DNA of 63,707 nucleotides, filler included, from Saprolegnia diclina VS20 (GCF_000281045.1; 5 parts of 3 records of this genome joined end to end with filler, not necessarily neighbours in it), one strand, 5' to 3'. Counted from the first letter of the whole stretch, positions 24,052 through 36,663 are shown. Made by a program: numbers and translations. The notes: generated by a model from the letters alone, not told the origin.

Positions 24052-24234
24052 TCGATGATTCCTTACCCTACCCCTTGGTGTCATGTCGCATCGTCTGGAC
24101 GCAGCCATAGGAGCGGCTTTCCTCAAGCGCCAACCTTGCTACACCATGTATATAATGGCGCGGGATATATAGAGCAAGGCTAGAAATTATATAGAAATGG
24201 GTTAGGCATTATATAGAGTGGTTGGAACGCAACA

Positions 24235-26582
24235 CTATTTGCGATGGCGGTAGTCGTCGTCGTTGTCGTGGCGAAGGTGGTCGTTCTCGTCACCAAGGTG
24301 CAAGCCGTGCTCGTGCTCGTCGTCGTCGTGGGCGTCGTGGTGGTGAAGCATGCTGAGGTACTCGGCGTTGTGGATTTCAAACCGGCGGCGGCGAATCTGG
24401 CGGCCAAACTCGCCGACTTCGCCTTCGTGGATGTCGTGGTCGATGATGACGTCGAGGACCGCATCGCACATGCGGCGCACCTACGCTGTTTCTTTACATC
24501 CCTCTTGATATGGTGGTTACCTCGATATTGGCCGAGTCGGCGGCAAGGAGCAGGTCCGGGAGCATGTTGCAGCCATACAGAATGTCATCCAGCGTCTCGG
24601 GGTGCCGGAGCATACGGTAAATGCAAAAGAGTAGCTGCAATGTGAGCTCGCAGTCGTTTTGCTTGTCTTGGAAGATCAAGTGGAAGCTTCGGACAATGCG
24701 TGATGACGTGATCAGCGGCGCGCACTTGGGCTCGAGCATAAGCGCACTGACAAACATGACCACTTGCAGCACGACGTCGTCCTATATAAGGACAATATGT
24801 CCACAACACTGCAAATGATAGGAATATTTACCTGAGAAAAGCCGCGCACGAGCAGCTTGCTCAGGAACGGTATCACCGAGACCGACTGCGTGAGGAGCTT
24901 GTCCCATGTTGTCTTGGCCGGCAAGTCGTTTGGGGTCATGTTGCCCAAGGTACCAAGGATCTCGACTACGAGATCGTGGTTGTCCGAGCCTTGCGCGAGC
25001 TCGAGCAGTGGCATGACAAACGGCGCCCAGAGCCCCTTGTACTTGTAGTTGCGCTCGGCCGTGAGCTCTTCTTGGATGGTGTACGACCACTGGGAAATGT
25101 TGCGAATGCACTACCAAAAAGTGCGAAAATGTTGAAAAATGAACAAAACATCGCAGAAAATGCAAGCAAGACGCAGCGTCTTACCTTCATCAGGAGGACG
25201 TCACGCGTGCGAAGGACGCGCTGGACGAGGGCTTCGAGGCCCTTGCTCTGCGTCATCATCTCTGCGTTGCGCGCGTTGATGCTCAGATTGACTGCGAGCG
25301 CCATGAGCTCCTTGGCGACGATGTTTTGGGGAAAGTTGATCACGAGCTGCATGACAATTGGGATCGCCTCCGTGTACGTAAACATCGACTTGCACCGGTC
25401 GTCCATCGAGAGGTGGTAGAGGAGACGCAGTGTGAGCGCGCGGAAAGGCGGTTTCTTGAGCAGCTCGACGAGACTCGGGACGAGGCTGTTTTTGACCATG
25501 GCCTCGCGCACGCGGGCGTCCCATGAGAGGTTGAAGAGGAGTTTGAGCGCAATCTACCTCTTGTTTTAATCATTTTTCGTGGTATACTATCGCACCTGGG
25601 CCGTCTTGTCGTGGTTGCATTTGACGTAGCGGATGATCTTTTCCGGTACTTGGAGCTCGATCATAGTTTCCTTGTTCTCCTCGAAAACGCTAGATAAATG
25701 AATCGTCGACATACATCCATATACGCATACATGACAAATTGTACCTCAATTTTTTGAGAAACCCGATCGTGAGAATGACCAAATCGGGTGTCACGCGGTC
25801 GAGCATCTTGGCCAAAAAATGTACAATCTTCTTTTTGACCATTTTGCGCTCCGTGTGAATGTCTTCGGCGAGGTTGAAGAGCACGCTGAGACAGACATAC
25901 CTACATACGTACAACAAACATACGTTGTCATCTCTGATGGTCGTCTGTACAATAGCTGGTCTTGCTTTTTGAGCCGCTTCTTGTTCTTCTTCTTCTCGGC
26001 CTTGAGCTTGGCGACCGCGTCGGCCTCCGACCCTGATTTTTGCTGCTCGGCGATCGTCCGCTCGAGCGCGCGCTCTTCTTCGCGCCGGAGTTCGTGGCGC
26101 TTGACCTCAAAGTCGACAATCTTGAGCGTAATCGCGCCAATGCGGTAGTTGCTCAAAATCGGGTGCAGCTGGAGAAAGTTCGAGTAGCACCAGAAGATGC
26201 GCATCATGTTGAGCGAAAAGTCGTACGACTTTTTGTACTCGTCGTTCAGGACGCGCGAGAGCAGGCTCTAGTCGTTTCGTTAGTCGTCTAGTACAAGAAA
26301 AGCCAGTCGAGAAAGTAGGGCCATAGGTACCATGAGCGCTTCGTTCTGGATGAGCACCTCAATGTTGGCGCCAAACTCCGAGAGATTGAGAATCTGCGTG
26401 ACGCCGTCGAGCTTGGACTCCATGTCCTCTTCGTATAGCTTCTCCATGTACGTGTCGAGGTCGTCGAGGTGGGAGCGCAGTCGTGCATTGCGGTCGTCTT
26501 TCTCGGCTGACACTGACGAGGACGACGTCTTGTCCGACTTCTTGGACGTTGTCGACGCGCTGCTGCGAACCTTGGACGACAT
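24235..26582 (-). CDS. KAP3: Kinesin-associated protein 3 (heterotrimeric kinesin-2 non-motor subunit), multi-exon
   Basis: LDTYMEKLYEE, RVLNDEYKKS, IFWCYSNF, FNLAEDIHTERKM, IGFLKKL, LLYHLSMDDRCKSMFTYT, VEILGTLGNM, QDKQNDCELTLQ and IRRRRFEIHN follow the KIFAP3/FLA3 order. The start codon is uncertain. Confidence 0.9.
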
Positions 26583-26893
26583 TCGACAGTCGTAGCCACA
26601 CAGCCAGTCGGCGCGACTCCTCAAGATATACACTGTGTACGATGAGCCGAAACCTTCGTATCTTTGTGGAAAGAGTATCAACTTGATAGTCGTGCGCGAT
26701 CAGGCCTGGGAGGCGGGCGACCATGACAACGACTGCTGCCCTTAGCTAGAGAGGGTGGACGAGTACGCAAAGGACAAATGTCGGCGTCTACGTAATAACT
26801 GATGCCGAGTAGCGCTAAGATCTTATATGTGTGAAGTAGGCGCAAGCCAGGTTGTGTCATGACGTGTGTATCGATTAGGGTACTATAAGCATT

Positions 26894-27766
26894 CTACTTG
26901 GCCATTTTTTCAACCGCGATCGCTTGGACCTGGTTGGCGTCGACAAAGTATGCGGCGTTGCAGTAGTTGCACGACATGGTCACGCCGCCTTCCGAGACGA
27001 GGTCGTGGAGGTCGTCCGCCGGCAGCTGGTGGAGACGCATGACGAACCGCTCCTTTGAGCAGCGGCAGTAGTAGTCGACAGGCATGCGCTTGCAGTCGTC
27101 CGCCGAGATGGCGACTTCGGGGAAGAGCACGTTGAGCACACTGAGCATGCCTTCCGACTGGACCATCTCGAGCATATCGAGGGCCTCAAAGAGCCGGAGT
27201 CGGTCCTGAAGCGGCGTCGGCTTCTCGACCTGCGGCAGCTCTTGGACCGTGATCCCGCAGCACGCGACCGCGTCGTTTTCGCCGACGCCCGACTCGATCT
27301 TGACGATCGTCGGCACCTGCTCCGAGACGTCATAGTACATTTGCCAGTCCGCTTGCGCGCTGCCCATGCTCGAGAGGATCGTCTTGTACGGCTTGGCGGC
27401 GCCGTACAGCACCTTGTCGACTTCAAGCACCGAGTACGCAGTCGGGCCCGTCGGGTCGGGACGCGTGTAGCCGCGGACCTCGCCGACGCTCATGGCTTCG
27501 ACCTGAATGTGGTGCGACGCATTCTTGAGGCTCATTTTGACGCGCTCTTCGCCCTTGAAGAAGGCGCTGAGCATCGTTGCGCCCGCCATGTACTCGGACC
27601 ACTCGCGCGTGTCTTGCGTCGAGAGCACCGGGTTGTGCTGGTCGGTCCACTTGGCGCGCATGACGTTGGCCACGTTGGGCGCGTAGACCGCTGCGACGCG
27701 GTAGCCGAGGCCGTTCACGAAGCAGCGCGTGACGAGATCGCGGGTCTTCTCACGGGCTTGCAACAT
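26894..27766 (-). CDS. hslO: Hsp33 (HslO)-family redox-regulated chaperone, intronless
   Basis: GEVRGY, YYDVSEQVPT, and the C-terminal zinc centre CRCSKER...CNYC (CxC...CxxC). Confidence 0.9.
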   Translation of the reverse strand: MLQAREKTRDLVTRCFVNGLGYRVAAVYAPNVANVMRAKWTDQHNPVLSTQDTREWSEYMAGATMLSAFFKGEERVKMSLKNASHHIQVEAMSVGEVRGYTRPDPTGPTAYSVLEVDKVLYGAAKPYKTILSSMGSAQADWQMYYDVSEQVPTIVKIESGVGENDAVACCGITVQELPQVEKPTPLQDRLRLFEALDMLEMVQSEGMLSVLNVLFPEVAISADDCKRMPVDYYCRCSKERFVMRLHQLPADDLHDLVSEGGVTMSCNYCNAAYFVDANQVQAIAVEKMAK

Positions 27767-28160
27767 TGTCCGTGTTGTGCGCTAGCAGGACCGACGCCGA
27801 ATTCGGCGACCTTGATTGGCCCGTGCGACGCACCATACAAACTTGCAGTCACCGAGGTTGCACTTTCCAGCAAGGGTCATGGGAAACTAACATTGTCACA
27901 CCTTACAAAGGCTATTTTTGTATAAAAACCGCCACACTCGTATCTAATCTATACCACCATCTTTTAAAGGACAGCGAATGTTAGTTTCCCCACCAGATGG
28001 TGGCCAACGCCAAGTGCAAAATGGCGGCAACCGCACGGCCCTCGCCTTCCCGCACATTGTGCGCGACCAGTGCTTTTGCAGGTGCTTGAGCATGTTGAGC
28101 ACAATTCAATTTTTCTCGTGCTCCATAGCACCGTCTATTACACCAAGAACACTCATCAAC

Positions 28161-29079
28161 ATGACCACCAACGGTAACACGATCCCCGCCGACGTGTGGC
28201 GGGCCAACTTTGGCCCGGTCATGGCCACGTCCGACCCGCTCATCGCCAAGACCGTCGAGTTTGTGCGCAACGCACTTGCGTCCAACGACGCGTCGCACGA
28301 CTGGAATCACATTGAACGGGTGTGGCGCATGAGCGTGCGCATTGCGACTGAAGAGAACGTCGCCCGCATGGACTGCGTCGTCCTCGCCGCGCTCCTCCAC
28401 GACATTGACGACTGGAAGTACGCTGGCAGCGAGACAAGCGAGCGCGCGCTGGCGTTTCTCCAGTCCCAGGTACACACATCTCGCTTTTACCGAAGACGTG
28501 TCGTATTCCATGACTTAGAACGTCGAGCCCGAGAAGATTGCTTTCGTGCTCAAGATCATCAAGGGCGTCGGCTTCAAGGAGGAGCTTTCGGGTGGCGTAC
28601 GTTGTCCTTGCCATTTAAGCACGAAGGAGCTCAAATTCATATAATGCTGCACAGGCGGATGCGATGTTCCCTGAACTCGCGTGCGTCCAAGACGCCGACC
28701 GCTTGGTACGCAGCGGAAGCAGGTGGATGGTCGGTCTTAACCCAGTGCGTAGGACGCAATCGGCGCACTCGGAATTGCGCGCTGCTTGACGTACGGTGGC
28801 CACAAGAAGCGCGTGCTCTACGATGTTGAGAATCCTCCGAACGTCGGTATGGACAAGGACGCGTACATGAAGAACAAGGACGGCGCAACGCTCAACCATT
28901 TTTACGAGGTGAATCCAACCGAATCTCAACGTTAAACTGAATAACGGCAACGCTAGAAACTCTTCAAGCTCAAGGACATGATGAAGACGGCCGCGGGCCG
29001 GCGCATTGCGGACGAGCGCCACGCGTACATGGAAGAGTTTGTGCAAAAGATCTTTTCGGAAATCGCGGGCTTGTCCTAA
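28161..29079 (+). CDS. HD-domain metal-dependent phosphohydrolase (YedJ-like), multi-exon
   Basis: DASHDWNHIERV, LAALLHDIDDWKY, VQDADRL|DAIGALGIAR and LNHFYE|KLFKLKDMMKT..GRRIADERH. Confidence 0.9.
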
Positions 29080-29412
29080 TTATAAACTTCAACGTGCCGA
29101 AATGGCCTAGACTGGAGTCTGCATGTGGCATAAATATCCTAATCCAAAGTATTTTCGGCATTCAGCCCGTGCACGCAGCGATAACCCGGTCGTCCTTGCC
29201 GTGGTGTGGACGCGTTCCAGACAATGGCGGCCGTCTTGTGCGTCGTGTGGCTCAAGTTCATGTCGTTGAGGGTACCCATGAAGCGACGAATACGATAGAC
29301 CGCCACCCACGCATGCTATGTCGTGCTTAGAAAGGCGGTCCTATTCCAATTCGGCATCTGCCGATTGCAACTGAACGAAGCTGGCAGTCGTCGTTTTACC
29401 AAGGAAGGAAGC

Positions 29413-29802
29413 ATGGTGCACATCATCAACGGCGAGATCGTCGCGGACAACGACCCGCGCGTGCTCAAGATCAAGAAGCAGAGCTCGGAGCCACCCAACT
29501 ATGGCTCGGCGCGCTTTGGCAGCACGCGGGCGCCCGGCGGCAACATCACGACTGTCAACAATATGGGCGACGCGCCGGCACCCCCCGTCTCGGACTCGCC
29601 CTTTAGCCGCTTTGGCGCGGCCATTGGCATGCAGGGCACCGTCAACATGCCTGCGATCCCGATTCTCTGCATGCGCAGCGCGCCTGTCGAGAAGGTCACC
29701 CTCCTCATCTTTGTGATCCTGACGCTGCTCCTCGGGTGGCGCGCCCTCGTCTTTGGCCTCATCATCTACTATATTTATCAAGCCCAGCGCCCGCTGCCGT
29801 AG
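29413..29802 (+). CDS. FAM241/DUF4605-family small membrane protein
   Basis: N-terminal MVHIINGEIVADNDPRV signature and a C-terminal hydrophobic hairpin LLIFVILTLLLGWRALVFGLIIYYIY. Confidence 0.75.
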   Translation: MVHIINGEIVADNDPRVLKIKKQSSEPPNYGSARFGSTRAPGGNITTVNNMGDAPAPPVSDSPFSRFGAAIGMQGTVNMPAIPILCMRSAPVEKVTLLIFVILTLLLGWRALVFGLIIYYIYQAQRPLP

Positions 29803-30424
29803 TAAGACGGGATAATATACGAGATGCCTTGGCCCGTGTTCTCGTGCTCTGATCAAGAGACTCTGGATCCGGTCGACAGCGGGCCGAGGTTGGGCTCTGA
29901 ACCTCCTCCTCCTCGTATCCTATGGCGGCATCAAGAGCAGCTACAGAAGGTACAAAATCCTCTGCGACTCGTCGAAAGGTCCAACACGCATGCCATCATG
30001 TGCACCCTCTTGGAGGCTCCAATGTGGTTGATTCAGCGGCTAGGACGTGGTCGCCCTCACTCTCGATGTGCAATCTCGGCGCTAAGATCTTATACCTTGA
30101 TGGCCACAGCCACAGGGATGCAGGAGGCACACGAACGTGCACGAGACGAGGCAGGCAATGCGGGAGGCAGAGCATGCTTCGTGCGTCGACACGTCGCCTA
30201 CGAGTTGCCGAGGACATGAGCAAGAGAGAGTGAAGAGGAAGACGAATGTGAATTGAATCTTTATTTTTATGTTTCACAAAACCCCAAAGCCGATGATGTT
30301 GATGGGGTCGGGCGCGGGATAGCCCGACCGCGATAAGTTAAGATACATCCACACGCAGTCTATCCACTACTTCCTTTTTCTAGTCTTTTTAAATAGGGCG
30401 GGGTTGCGGCCCAGGCTTAAATAA

Positions 30425-31591
30425 TCAAAGTTTCGGCCGCTTGCTCGACGCAAGGGGCGAGAATGGCGCCACCACCGGCGCACCGCACCCATAGGGCGGC
30501 GAGTACGGCGTGTACGAGGGCGACGCGTCCATGTCGTCATCGTCGTCGTCCATGCTGAGGCGACGCTTCTTGGACGTGCCGAGGTAGAAGTACTGCTCGT
30601 CCTCAAAGGCCTTGTCGGCGATGTCGTCGGGGGTGCCGCCATTCACCACGTCCGACTCGAGGTCGGTCGCGTTGTCGCCGTCGTCCATGCCCGCAAAGGA
30701 CAAGGGCGACGTCTGGTCGTCCGTGTTGAACTCGACCTCTTCCAGCCCGCGGTACGGGTGGAAGCGGTTGAGGAGCTCGACGATACACGGACTCAACTTG
30801 CTTTCGTCAATGCCATCGCACACGTACGCTTCCAAGATGAAGGTCGCCGCGTCGATGAGCATGTCTTGGTTCGTACGCAGAACGCACTCCCACGGCTGGC
30901 TGTCGCTGGTCGTGACCGAGTCGGGCACCGTGTTGTCGAGCATACCGGCGAGGTACACGGCGCCAGCAGCAATGTCGTCGGCGTCGAGGCGCAGACACAG
31001 CGGCGTCCGGCTGCAGTCGTTCAAGAAGCTCCACGTAGTCTTGAGGAGCGTGTTGGAGAGGACCGCCTTCATGTCCGCCGTCAGCGCCGTGTGGAGTTCC
31101 ACGAGGCGCTCAATCTTGTCGTTCAAGAGCATGTGCGGGAAGGCCACGTCCAAATCAAAGCCGAGCGCGTGCAAGACCACGTACTCTTTGGCCAAGATGG
31201 CCTCCGAGATCGACTCGATCGTGTGGTAGCGCAAGGCAAACTCGAGCGTGACCGACCGGCGCTGCGCAATGTAGTGCTCGGCAAAGTTGGCGATCGCGAG
31301 CGGGTGGTCCTCGGCCTTTGCGCCCAGAAAGAGGCACGTGGCCGCGACAAGGTACTTGTCATGGTCCGTAAAGGACTCGCGCGTGAAGAACCGATGGAAC
31401 AATTGCTTGCCCGTCGAGTCGGCCAAGCGCGGGATGCGGAAGATCTTGGCGAGGCTCTCGAAAAAGATGATGCCATTCTTCCGGAGCTCGACCTCCTGGT
31501 CCCACGCAATGCCCTTCCGGCTCGACGGCGAGCTCTTGAGCTCGTCGTCCGTCAAGAGCCAGTCGTTCGTGCACGTAAAGGTGTACGCCAT
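30425..31591 (-). CDS. Transcriptional cyclin (cyclin T/K/L family), intronless
   Basis: WLLTDDEL..SPS..GI, LFHRFF, VAATCLFLGAKAED, E..VLHALGFDL.V..PH, WSFLND..RTPLCL, IAAGAVYLA. Confidence 0.92.
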   Translation of the reverse strand: MAYTFTCTNDWLLTDDELKSSPSSRKGIAWDQEVELRKNGIIFFESLAKIFRIPRLADSTGKQLFHRFFTRESFTDHDKYLVAATCLFLGAKAEDHPLAIANFAEHYIAQRRSVTLEFALRYHTIESISEAILAKEYVVLHALGFDLDVAFPHMLLNDKIERLVELHTALTADMKAVLSNTLLKTTWSFLNDCSRTPLCLRLDADDIAAGAVYLAGMLDNTVPDSVTTSDSQPWECVLRTNQDMLIDAATFILEAYVCDGIDESKLSPCIVELLNRFHPYRGLEEVEFNTDDQTSPLSFAGMDDGDNATDLESDVVNGGTPDDIADKAFEDEQYFYLGTSKKRRLSMDDDDDDMDASPSYTPYSPPYGCGAPVVAPFSPLASSKRPKL

Positions 31592-33399
31592 GGCCGTGGC
31601 TATAAGTCCTGTCTAGGAGCACAAGCACACGTGTCAATCGCCGCGGCGAATCGCCATGCCACCCACCTCGCGCCGCAGAAGTCTCGGTCGAGGCGACGAT
31701 GCAGAGAGACAAAGAGAGAGAGGAAGTCTAGGCCAGCACCATCATGAGCGCGAGTCGCCGCCTCATACGCATCATGTACCCGGGACCCGTCGATCGAGAT
31801 GGCGGGCGACGGCGAAGAGGAAGAGCGAGGGACGGTCACGCGAGGAAGACGATGCTGTCTTCGTCGGTGGAGCTGAACAACTGAATTTCCAACCGGAAAC
31901 CCCCGTCTTTTTCGGATGCCATACAAACCCCAAGAGCAATCGGGAAACCTTCTATTTTAAAGCGTAGCCACCACTCAGAGCCACGGGCCAATCCCGATCG
32001 TCGTTTGAAAATATTCCGCCAATCACGACGCGAGATGCATTTCACATACAAACACCAAGTTCATACACCGCATTACGTAATGCGAGGCACGGCCTACAAA
32101 CATCGAGTAGTGGACGGAGCAGCACGCTTGTTTCTCCGCCGCGCGAGAAATGGGCGCCCACGTCCCATGCGCTTCCTGCATCCGCCGGTCCTTTGATGAC
32201 GGGATACGGCAATGTCGCCGAGATGCAGGCAAGTGTCAATGAACCGAGGCAGAGAGCGCTGCCAGGAAGGCTGGTTGCTAGAGGCGAATGAGCCTCGCAG
32301 CAAGCAGCGGAGGCTTGCACGCGCTCGTGGCCGCCAACGTCTCGAAAATTCGAATGGCGTGCGTTCGAAATCGAACGAATACATTATTTCGTAATTGTGT
32401 CGCCAGAGATTCGAAATGGTCTAAATAGTGTAGGCTGAAGAAAATACGATCTCTGTGCGTAGACTGCTGAGAGGCCATCACCGGTCCCAACTCCTTGCCT
32501 CGATCCTCTGAGCGCGCTCCTATTTGTATGCGCTGGCTTGTCGGCGACGAGATATATGGTACGCCGACCACTCGTGCACGCTGGTTCGTACAACAGTCCA
32601 CGTGCAAAGGGAAACGATTTGCGAATCTCGCAAGAGAACAGAGAGAAGCATGAATCTGGAGACATTCATCAAGCTGTGTTCGATCTTATTCCGCAGCAAC
32701 CGCCAGCGATGGCGAAACCTCGGACCAACCACGTCCGACCGACGACGTTGGAGGATGACCGACGTCTGACGCTTGGCAGGGGTGAATACCTATTATGTGC
32801 ACCTGGCCCTAGTTCAAGTGCCCTTGAAAACTCCTTTCAGCCTTGTTTCATCCGCGGGTACTTGTATCCTGCACACCTGCAGAGATATCCTGACGTGAGC
32901 ATGGCCTAAGATATGATTTTGGCGCGATTTGATTGGCCATTGGAAGAGATTTTGGGTCTTGGACAAAACTCAAAACGAACTGAATAGCTAAAAACATGAG
33001 GAGCAATGCCGCGCATCGATGTGTCGATGAAGCGTGAAACTCAACTAAATCTGGCGCAGCGTTTTGGAGTTGGACCGCCATTTTGGAGCGCCATGGGGCG
33101 ACGTATCTTCCATGAAGCGCATTGAACAAGTGCTCGCTGCGATTAAAACGTCGCAGCACAAGCAGCATTTCTTAGCCCAGGCGTGGCCCACGCGCTTTAG
33201 AACAAACTCAATAGTTGTGGCATTGAGTCGTTCACGCTATGCCGGTCGATTCTGAGAGCGAGATGTTTGAACGTTGAGGTTACTCAAATACAAAAAGCAA
33301 GCTGATTGGTTGGGTTGTAAAACTCAAACTCAGCACCGTTTTGAGCCCACGAGTCGGCGGCAACACGCATTCCGACATCGTTGGTGAATTTAGGACGCG

Positions 33400-34538
33400 A
33401 TGGTGGCAGCGACGATGGCGCCCAACCCGCAAGAAGCCCCGCCCATGATGCTGTCCCAGGAGACAAAGGAGAAGGAGGGTCCCGTCAGGCGGCAGGTGTC
33501 CCTGAGCGTCGTGCAGCGCGTCGTGCAGGCGGCGAACGGCGTCAAGCAGCTCGGCCTCTTCGCCTCGCTCCTCGCACCGAACGCGCTGCCCACCAACCGT
33601 GTGTGGGCCGCGGCCAATGCAGGCGACGACATGCTCGTGCTGCAGCACTTGGCGGGCTTGCCCAACGACGCCACCCAACTGCGCCCGGTGCTTGAGTACA
33701 CCAATCGCCACGGACAAACGCCCTTGATCGCCGCCTGCGCCAAAGGTCACATCCGTTGCGTCCAAGCGCTCCTCATGCACAGCGCCAACGTATACGCACA
33801 AGACAACCAAGGGCATACAGGCCTCCATCACGCTTGCTTGCACGGCCACTTTGACCTCGTGGGCGTGCTGCTGAGTGTACAGGACCCGGCGCTGCGCAAC
33901 CGCGAAGGCCTCTCGGCCATGGATGTCTGCCGGCGCAACATCGATGGTCATCGACAAGTACTCGCATCAGCCAAGTGCCTGGAGCTTCTGGAGCAGGTAG
34001 TGCCATGTGAGGATGCTACATAGGCTCAACATGCTTGTAGCGCTCCCGGCTCTTTGAAGGATGGCTCTACGAAAGCGTCAACAACCTCGCGTCCTCGGCT
34101 TTGGGCCTGCGTAGCCTCCAATCATGGGTTCGCCGGTACACTGCAGAAAGTTGTGCTCCAACTGAAAACTCAATGGGTGGGCTAGGTACGCCGTGGTCTT
34201 CTCGGTGGGATCGCCCGATTTTGTCGAGATTGCTTGCTTTGACGTGCAACACGGCTTGCGCCAGCTCACGCCCCAGTACGATATGTCCTGAAACCTCGCG
34301 TTTGCTCAACTTACGTGCTAGGTCGACGATTCTCTTTCGCGTGCACGATCCCGTCGTCCTCAACTCGCAGCGCAAAATGTTCAACCCCAAACCCTACAAC
34401 TTTACAATTGCTGGGTCTCGCAAGATGCCCGGCGGGTACCTCGGGCGGCCCGACCTCTTTGAGCTCGCAGCCTTCAACGCAGCCGAGTACGAGCGCTGGG
34501 CGTCCTTCATGTGTGTGGCTGCGGTGCGTAGGATTTGA
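33400..34538 (+). CDS. Ankyrin-repeat + PH-like domain protein (paralog of the 41103-42603 gene; 3' end unresolved)
   Basis: GQTPLIAACAKGH and GHTGLHHACLHGH, then spliced LELLEQ|RSRLFEGWLYES..SLQSWVRR|YAVV, matching CIELLEQRVKVFEGWLYES..SMQSWKARYALV in the paralog. Confidence 0.75.
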
Positions 34539-35282
34539 ACCGACGATGAAGTACTTATGAAATACGATTGTATTAGCGAGCCATGACCGCCCACGGAGCC
34601 CAACACACGGCGCCGCCACGTGGGCCCTCACCAAGCGATCCACTGTATACCAAGAGCGCCTAGTGCTTAACCCTCTACTAACTTATGCCACGTCGAGACA
34701 GACGCCATGGCTCCTGCCTTCCGTGCCGCGTGTCCATGGTGCGAGACCAGCCCCAGTGGTGCCCATACGTATCCGCAGGACTCGCTTCACAGAGATGTCG
34801 TGTTCTTCTACATCAACATACACACACTGCATGAGAAATGGCCATCGGAACTTGATCAAGGCTAGAGGCTGGAGAAAACCTGTCGACAGCATCCTCGACC
34901 AAACTGACTCTCGCAAAAGGCTCGACAAGACGCCAACGCCTTCGCCATGGAGCTCTTGAGTCCCAGTGTGCGACGTCTACCGTCAATAAAGGACGATGGG
35001 AAACACAAGTACTAGGAACATGGGCAAATAGCTCATTCTACACCGTCCTTACCGGTACATCCTGCGCGTATTTGGCGAGACGTTGTGCACCGTGCGAGCG
35101 GCTCGCTGTAAACTGAGCTCATTCTCGACATGCAACTAGGCAAGTAGGCTAGGACGTTGTTGGCATCGATGTGCAGTATCTTCGCGGACAGCAATCACGC
35201 TGTTTGCGATCTTTGGGTTCCAGCGATGCCATTGGATGATAGTGGCCTTGCGAATTTTGACCAATCGGCAGCATTGTGCAAG

Positions 35283-36530
35283 ATGGCGGCCAAAAGCAAT
35301 GTCGAAGGTTTTGATGACGCGGCCGTCGTCGCCGATGGTCTGCTCGACGATGGCGTCTTCCACTTTGAGCAAAAGCATGTTTTCTCGACGCAGAACAACC
35401 CGATGTGCGGTGTCACACTACCCCAGTGGTTCTCGATCCTGTACGCGCACGGCCGGTCCATTGAGTGGCAATACATGGTGCGCGCGGCCTTTCTGACGCT
35501 CTCGTCCATCTTTACTTTTTCGCTCGGCCTTCTCGAGTCGCTTTGGTACCCGTCGCATGTCATTGAGGCGGTTTCGCTGCCGGACGACCCCATCTTTGTC
35601 ATTGGCCACCCGCGCACGGGCACGACGCTGCTCCACAACCTCCTCGCATCCGATAACGACTCGTTCTACCACTGCACGACGTTTTGTGCGGGCTTTCCCA
35701 GCTGCTTTCTCTGGTTTGAAACGTGGGGCAAGCGCCTCTTTGCTAGCGCGATTGCGCCGACGCGCCCGATGGACTCGATGCCACTGCACTTTGATTTGCC
35801 TCAGGAAGACGAGTGCGCAACGACCGTCCTCTCACATGGTGCGAGCTACTACCTCGCGCTCGCCTTTATGGCCCAAGAGACCCGCTTTCGCAAGTTTTTG
35901 ACGCTCTCGCCCGACGACGGCGCGACACCGGACGACGAAGCCCGCTGGACGCAAGCGTTTACCTTTCTAGTCAAGAAGCTCGCGCTGCGGTCCTCGCTGC
36001 GGCAGGCACCGTCGACGACGCGTCGCCGCCTCTTGCTCAAGTCCCCGATTCACACGGCGCGCGTGCCATTGCTTCGCAAGCTCTTTCCGAAAGCGACGTT
36101 CATCTACCTCCACCGCGACCCGTACAAGGTCCTTCAGTCCTCCGCCCACATGGCCAATACCGCGTTCTGGTACATTTATCTCAACACACCGACGGACGAG
36201 CAAGTCACCGAGTACACACTCTGGCAGTTTGAGCGCATGTACGATGTGTACAATGCCGCGAGCCGTGACCCGAGTACCGGCGCGCTGGCCAAGGACATTC
36301 TTGAAGTGGCCTACACCGATTTGGTCTCGTCCACCATGACGTCGCTCAAGCGCGTGTACGCGCATGCAGGCATTGCCTGGACCGACAAGATCGAAGCCAA
36401 GTTTGAAGCCCAAGTCGCAGCCTTGGCTGGCTACAAGGTCAATGACTTTGTGGAGCTGCCGCCGCGACTCCGTCAAGTGATCCAGGTGCGGGCGGCTGGC
36501 TATTTCAAGACGTTTGGCTATGCCACATGA
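35283..36530 (+). CDS. Sulfotransferase (Sulfotransfer_3, bacterial-type), copy 1, intact and intronless
   Basis: 5'-PSB loop FVIGHPRTGTTLLHNLL, RPMD..PQEDE, LLLKSP.HTAR and 3'-PB motif FIYLHRDPY.V.QS. Confidence 0.9.
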   Translation: MAAKSNVEGFDDAAVVADGLLDDGVFHFEQKHVFSTQNNPMCGVTLPQWFSILYAHGRSIEWQYMVRAAFLTLSSIFTFSLGLLESLWYPSHVIEAVSLPDDPIFVIGHPRTGTTLLHNLLASDNDSFYHCTTFCAGFPSCFLWFETWGKRLFASAIAPTRPMDSMPLHFDLPQEDECATTVLSHGASYYLALAFMAQETRFRKFLTLSPDDGATPDDEARWTQAFTFLVKKLALRSSLRQAPSTTRRRLLLKSPIHTARVPLLRKLFPKATFIYLHRDPYKVLQSSAHMANTAFWYIYLNTPTDEQVTEYTLWQFERMYDVYNAASRDPSTGALAKDILEVAYTDLVSSTMTSLKRVYAHAGIAWTDKIEAKFEAQVAALAGYKVNDFVELPPRLRQVIQVRAAGYFKTFGYAT

Positions 36531-36663
36531 GTTGTGAAATCATAGCCCTACCGTACCCTAGCCCTTTTCAAGTGGGCACTCTTTGCGTGGTGGGTTCAAA
36601 AAGGACAGGTTGTCGACACAGAACACTGGTATAGGAATATAGTAGATTGGGTGTTTATACATG

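Noticed and set aside
6572..27766. A redox/proteostasis gene cluster (TrxR, Aha1, Hsp33)
   Set aside because: The genes are interspersed with unrelated housekeeping genes, and there is no evidence of co-regulation.
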